Positions 61,355 to 64,000 of a DNA stretch of 64,000 bases are shown here, piece after piece. Under the pieces are notes generated by a model. It was not told the DNA's origin and ran no database searches. It saw only the letters and a list, made by a program, of their open reading frames with translations. This DNA comes from Bythopirellula sp. (lineage in GTDB: Bacteria; Planctomycetota; Planctomycetia; Pirellulales; Lacipirellulaceae). Position 1 is the stretch's first letter, and every line of letters begins with the position of its first letter. The DNA lies in contig OZ244170.1 of the NCBI GenBank assembly GCA_965216565.1, positions 4,416,001 to 4,480,000 of the forward strand, in the 5' to 3' direction. The position numbers were made by a program, and so were the translations under genes.

Positions 61355-64000
61355 CTAGGCAGAAGATGCACGATCCGAGGGCCAGCTAGAAGGTCCGTGC
61401 AGAATTCGGGATAAGCAGGGCACAAAATAGAGGGCGAGAATCGTAGCCCCGCCAACTCCCCCAGCAACGGTAATGGCCAGCGGAGGCCAAAAACGTCCAC
61501 CGCCCAGAATCAGTGGCGTGAAGCCAACCATGGTTGTGATCGTCGTGGCAATAATGTGACGGGTGCTGCCAACAACCACTTCGACCAGTTCCGACACATT
61601 TCCCCGCCGAGCCTCTGGATTCTCTCGAATCGCCGCGAGGACAACGATCGAATCATTAATGGCAACGCCCACCAAGCCCATCGTGCCGACAATCGCCATG
61701 AAGCCGAAGGGGTAATCGAACAGCCACAAAGCTAATGGCCCCAAAGCCGCGGCAAGTGCGCCGACGACAATTACAATCAATGCGTAGCGAAACGATCGGA
61801 ATGATATCACTAGGGTGAGGATCATCATTGCGAATAGCACCACGGCATTGGCAATGAGACTTTCGACCGCGGCAGTGCGCTCGGCATTCTCCCCTTTGAA
61901 CGTCATTTCATATCCGGGGGGAAGAGAAAAATCTGATTCTGCCAAGCGACGTTTGAAATCCGCCACCACGGTCGAGGGCAGCACGCCTGCGGTAATGTAA
62001 GCCTTCACTTCGTTAGTACGTTGGCCATTGATGCGGACAATCGCGGCGACGTTGGAACCGAGTTCCAAGCTAGCCAAGGCGGCAAGGGGAACGGTTCGCG
62101 GCGGAGGGGGGCCTGTGTTGGGAGATGCCGACGTGGGGGGATTGGTCATTGGGGGACCACCTGGCAGGTTTTGCGTGGCAATAGGTAGTTGGAGTGCGGC
62201 GAGCCGATCGATTTGGTTGGAACCGGTTTCCGCCATCTTGATCCGCACCGGGAGTTCCTCGTCGCCGTCCAAAATCTTGCCAGCAGGAGCTCCGTCGAGC
62301 ATCGTGTATAGCTGCTGGGCGACTTCCATTTCACTCAATCCGGCGCGAGCGAGCTTCTCGGAGTCGACCTGCACCACGAGCTTAGGAATCGTCTCTTCGG
62401 AGTCGCTGCGGGTGTGAATAACGCTCGAGGTTTGACTTAGCAACACGCGTAGCTCGCCTCCCAACTGCTGCAGTCGCGACAAATCGGGGCCGGCAAGGCG
62501 GATTTCAATCGGCGCATCAAAGGGGGGACCCTGCTCTAGTTGCCTGACGATAACACGGCATTGAGCGAACTCTTGGTCGAGCTGCGCCTGCATGCGCAGC
62601 ACGGTATCGCCAAAATCGGCGTCCGCGGCCAAGTCTAATATGGCTTGGGCATAGAAAGGCGTGCCACGCCGTCGGGGTACCACGTTGTAATAGAACGTTG
62701 GTGCGCTGCGGCCGACGAACCAGTGCGACCTCTCCACTTCGCTAAAGGTATCGACAGTCTGCTCAATCGATCGGACCGTTGCTAACGTTTGCTCGATCGG
62801 CTCGCGGGCAGGTAGTTCCACTTCGATTTGGATTTGGTTCCGATCCGAAGCGGGGAAAAACTGCTCGGGCAAATCTCGGGCGACGTAGAATCCCAAGGCA
62901 GGTAGCGCCATGCCTAAGAGAATTCCCAACACCGGGAAGCGAAACACAATCTGCAACGTCCAGCGGTAGATGCCTGTGAGCAGTCGGCTCGAAAAACCAT
63001 AATCCACCAAGCTACGACTTCCAGAATCAATACGTAACAAGGCCAGCAGCGCTGGCACTACCGTCATGGCGAGTAGAAAGGACGAAGCGATGGCCAGGAT
63101 GACACTCATGGCAATCGTGCCCACAAACTCGCCAGGCGGACCGGGCAGTGTGGCGATTGGCATGAAGGCGAGCGCTGTGGTCATCGAAGAACCAAACAAC
63201 GGCATCGCCAGATGACGAATGCCTAGCGAGATGGCGCGGGCTGGCGACTTACCTGCGATAATGCGGCTGCGAACGTCTTCGACCATGACAATCGCGTTAT
63301 CAATGAGCAGACCCAGAGCGACGATCAATCCGGTGATCGACATCTGGTGCAAGGGGATCTCGAGAATTCGCATACCAGCCAATACCATCAGCGAAGCTAA
63401 CGGTAACGTCACCCCCACGACCAACATGCTCCGCCAGCCCATGAGGAGCAGCACCACCGCAGTGACAGCCCCGGCCCCAAGGAGCAGATTTTTTAGCAAC
63501 AGATGGAGACGCGACTCGATGTAATCGCTTTGAGAAAAAATGATTTCCACGACGAGATCGGCACTGTATTTGTCTTGAAATCTCGAGATCGCCGAGTCTA
63601 ACGACTTAGCCCAGCGGTCGACCCGCATTTGGTTGTCGACTAGCGCCCCTAGCACGATTGCGGGCTGTCCATCGACAAGAGCCCATTCACCGGGCGGTTG
63701 CGTCAACCGCTTCTTGACTGTAGCCAGGTCCGATAGCTTCCGCGGCGCGCTGCCAGCGCCGATTTGGACAAGGGTATCTGCCAATTGCTGGCGGGTGGAA
63801 ACGTTATTCTCCACGTCGACCGACATTCCGGAACCAACTCCCTGCATTGAGCCAGCAGGCTGAGTCACATTGCTGTCAGCAACCTGACGGGCGATCGCAC
63901 CGATGGGAACTCCCAAACCGGCAAAAACGGTTGGTTCGATTTCTGCAACGAATTCTTCGCCCGGATCGCCAAAGATTGCTACCGATTCGGTGCCACGAAT
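61355..64000 (-). CDS. RND efflux permease (AcrB-like), 5' end outside the window
   Basis: GLLIDNAIV, FFP...RNQ, GVAINDSIV, GFTPL...FWPPLA; frame open to base 64000. Confidence 0.92.
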   Translation of the reverse strand: MRGTESVAIFGDPGEEFVAEIEPTVFAGLGVPIGAIARQVADSNVTQPAGSMQGVGSGMSVDVENNVSTRQQLADTLVQIGAGSAPRKLSDLATVKKRLTQPPGEWALVDGQPAIVLGALVDNQMRVDRWAKSLDSAISRFQDKYSADLVVEIIFSQSDYIESRLHLLLKNLLLGAGAVTAVVLLLMGWRSMLVVGVTLPLASLMVLAGMRILEIPLHQMSITGLIVALGLLIDNAIVMVEDVRSRIIAGKSPARAISLGIRHLAMPLFGSSMTTALAFMPIATLPGPPGEFVGTIAMSVILAIASSFLLAMTVVPALLALLRIDSGSRSLVDYGFSSRLLTGIYRWTLQIVFRFPVLGILLGMALPALGFYVARDLPEQFFPASDRNQIQIEVELPAREPIEQTLATVRSIEQTVDTFSEVERSHWFVGRSAPTFYYNVVPRRRGTPFYAQAILDLAADADFGDTVLRMQAQLDQEFAQCRVIVRQLEQGPPFDAPIEIRLAGPDLSRLQQLGGELRVLLSQTSSVIHTRSDSEETIPKLVVQVDSEKLARAGLSEMEVAQQLYTMLDGAPAGKILDGDEELPVRIKMAETGSNQIDRLAALQLPIATQNLPGGPPMTNPPTSASPNTGPPPPRTVPLAALASLELGSNVAAIVRINGQRTNEVKAYITAGVLPSTVVADFKRRLAESDFSLPPGYEMTFKGENAERTAAVESLIANAVVLFAMMILTLVISFRSFRYALIVIVVGALAAALGPLALWLFDYPFGFMAIVGTMGLVGVAINDSIVVLAAIRENPEARRGNVSELVEVVVGSTRHIIATTITTMVGFTPLILGGGRFWPPLAITVAGGVGGATILALYFVPCLSRILHGPSSWPSDRASSA

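Overview
A 64 kb GC-rich chromosomal window whose gene content points to a planctomycete (Pirellulales/Lacipirellulaceae-like; an inference from PEP-CTERM/dockerin-like tails, DUF1080, GYF_2, an RRM protein and an EF-G1-like EF-G). The left two thirds are housekeeping and lineage-typical genes: uppP, groES-groEL, prfB with a programmed +1 frameshift, mnmA, accD, rpe, scpB, mscS, fumC, fusA and a pstS-like gene. They are interrupted by three AT-rich islets (a degenerate kinase fragment, a DUF5677-like gene, and a DUF5131 + TcmP pair) and by several REP-like repeat families. The right ~19 kb is a co-oriented minus-strand biosynthetic cluster: RND exporter, Phe-type ammonia-lyase, acyl-AMP ligase-ACP loading protein, a type I PKS, and two tandem flavin-dependent halogenase-like genes, followed by an octaheme cytochrome c. 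The PKS reads KS-AT-DH-KR-ACP-KS(Cys->Ser)-degenerate AT, with no thioesterase. This cluster and its unusual terminal KS(S)-AT didomain are the best candidates for an undescribed system. No rRNA, tRNA, CRISPR array or intact transposase was recognised. All family assignments come from reading motifs by eye; no database search was run.
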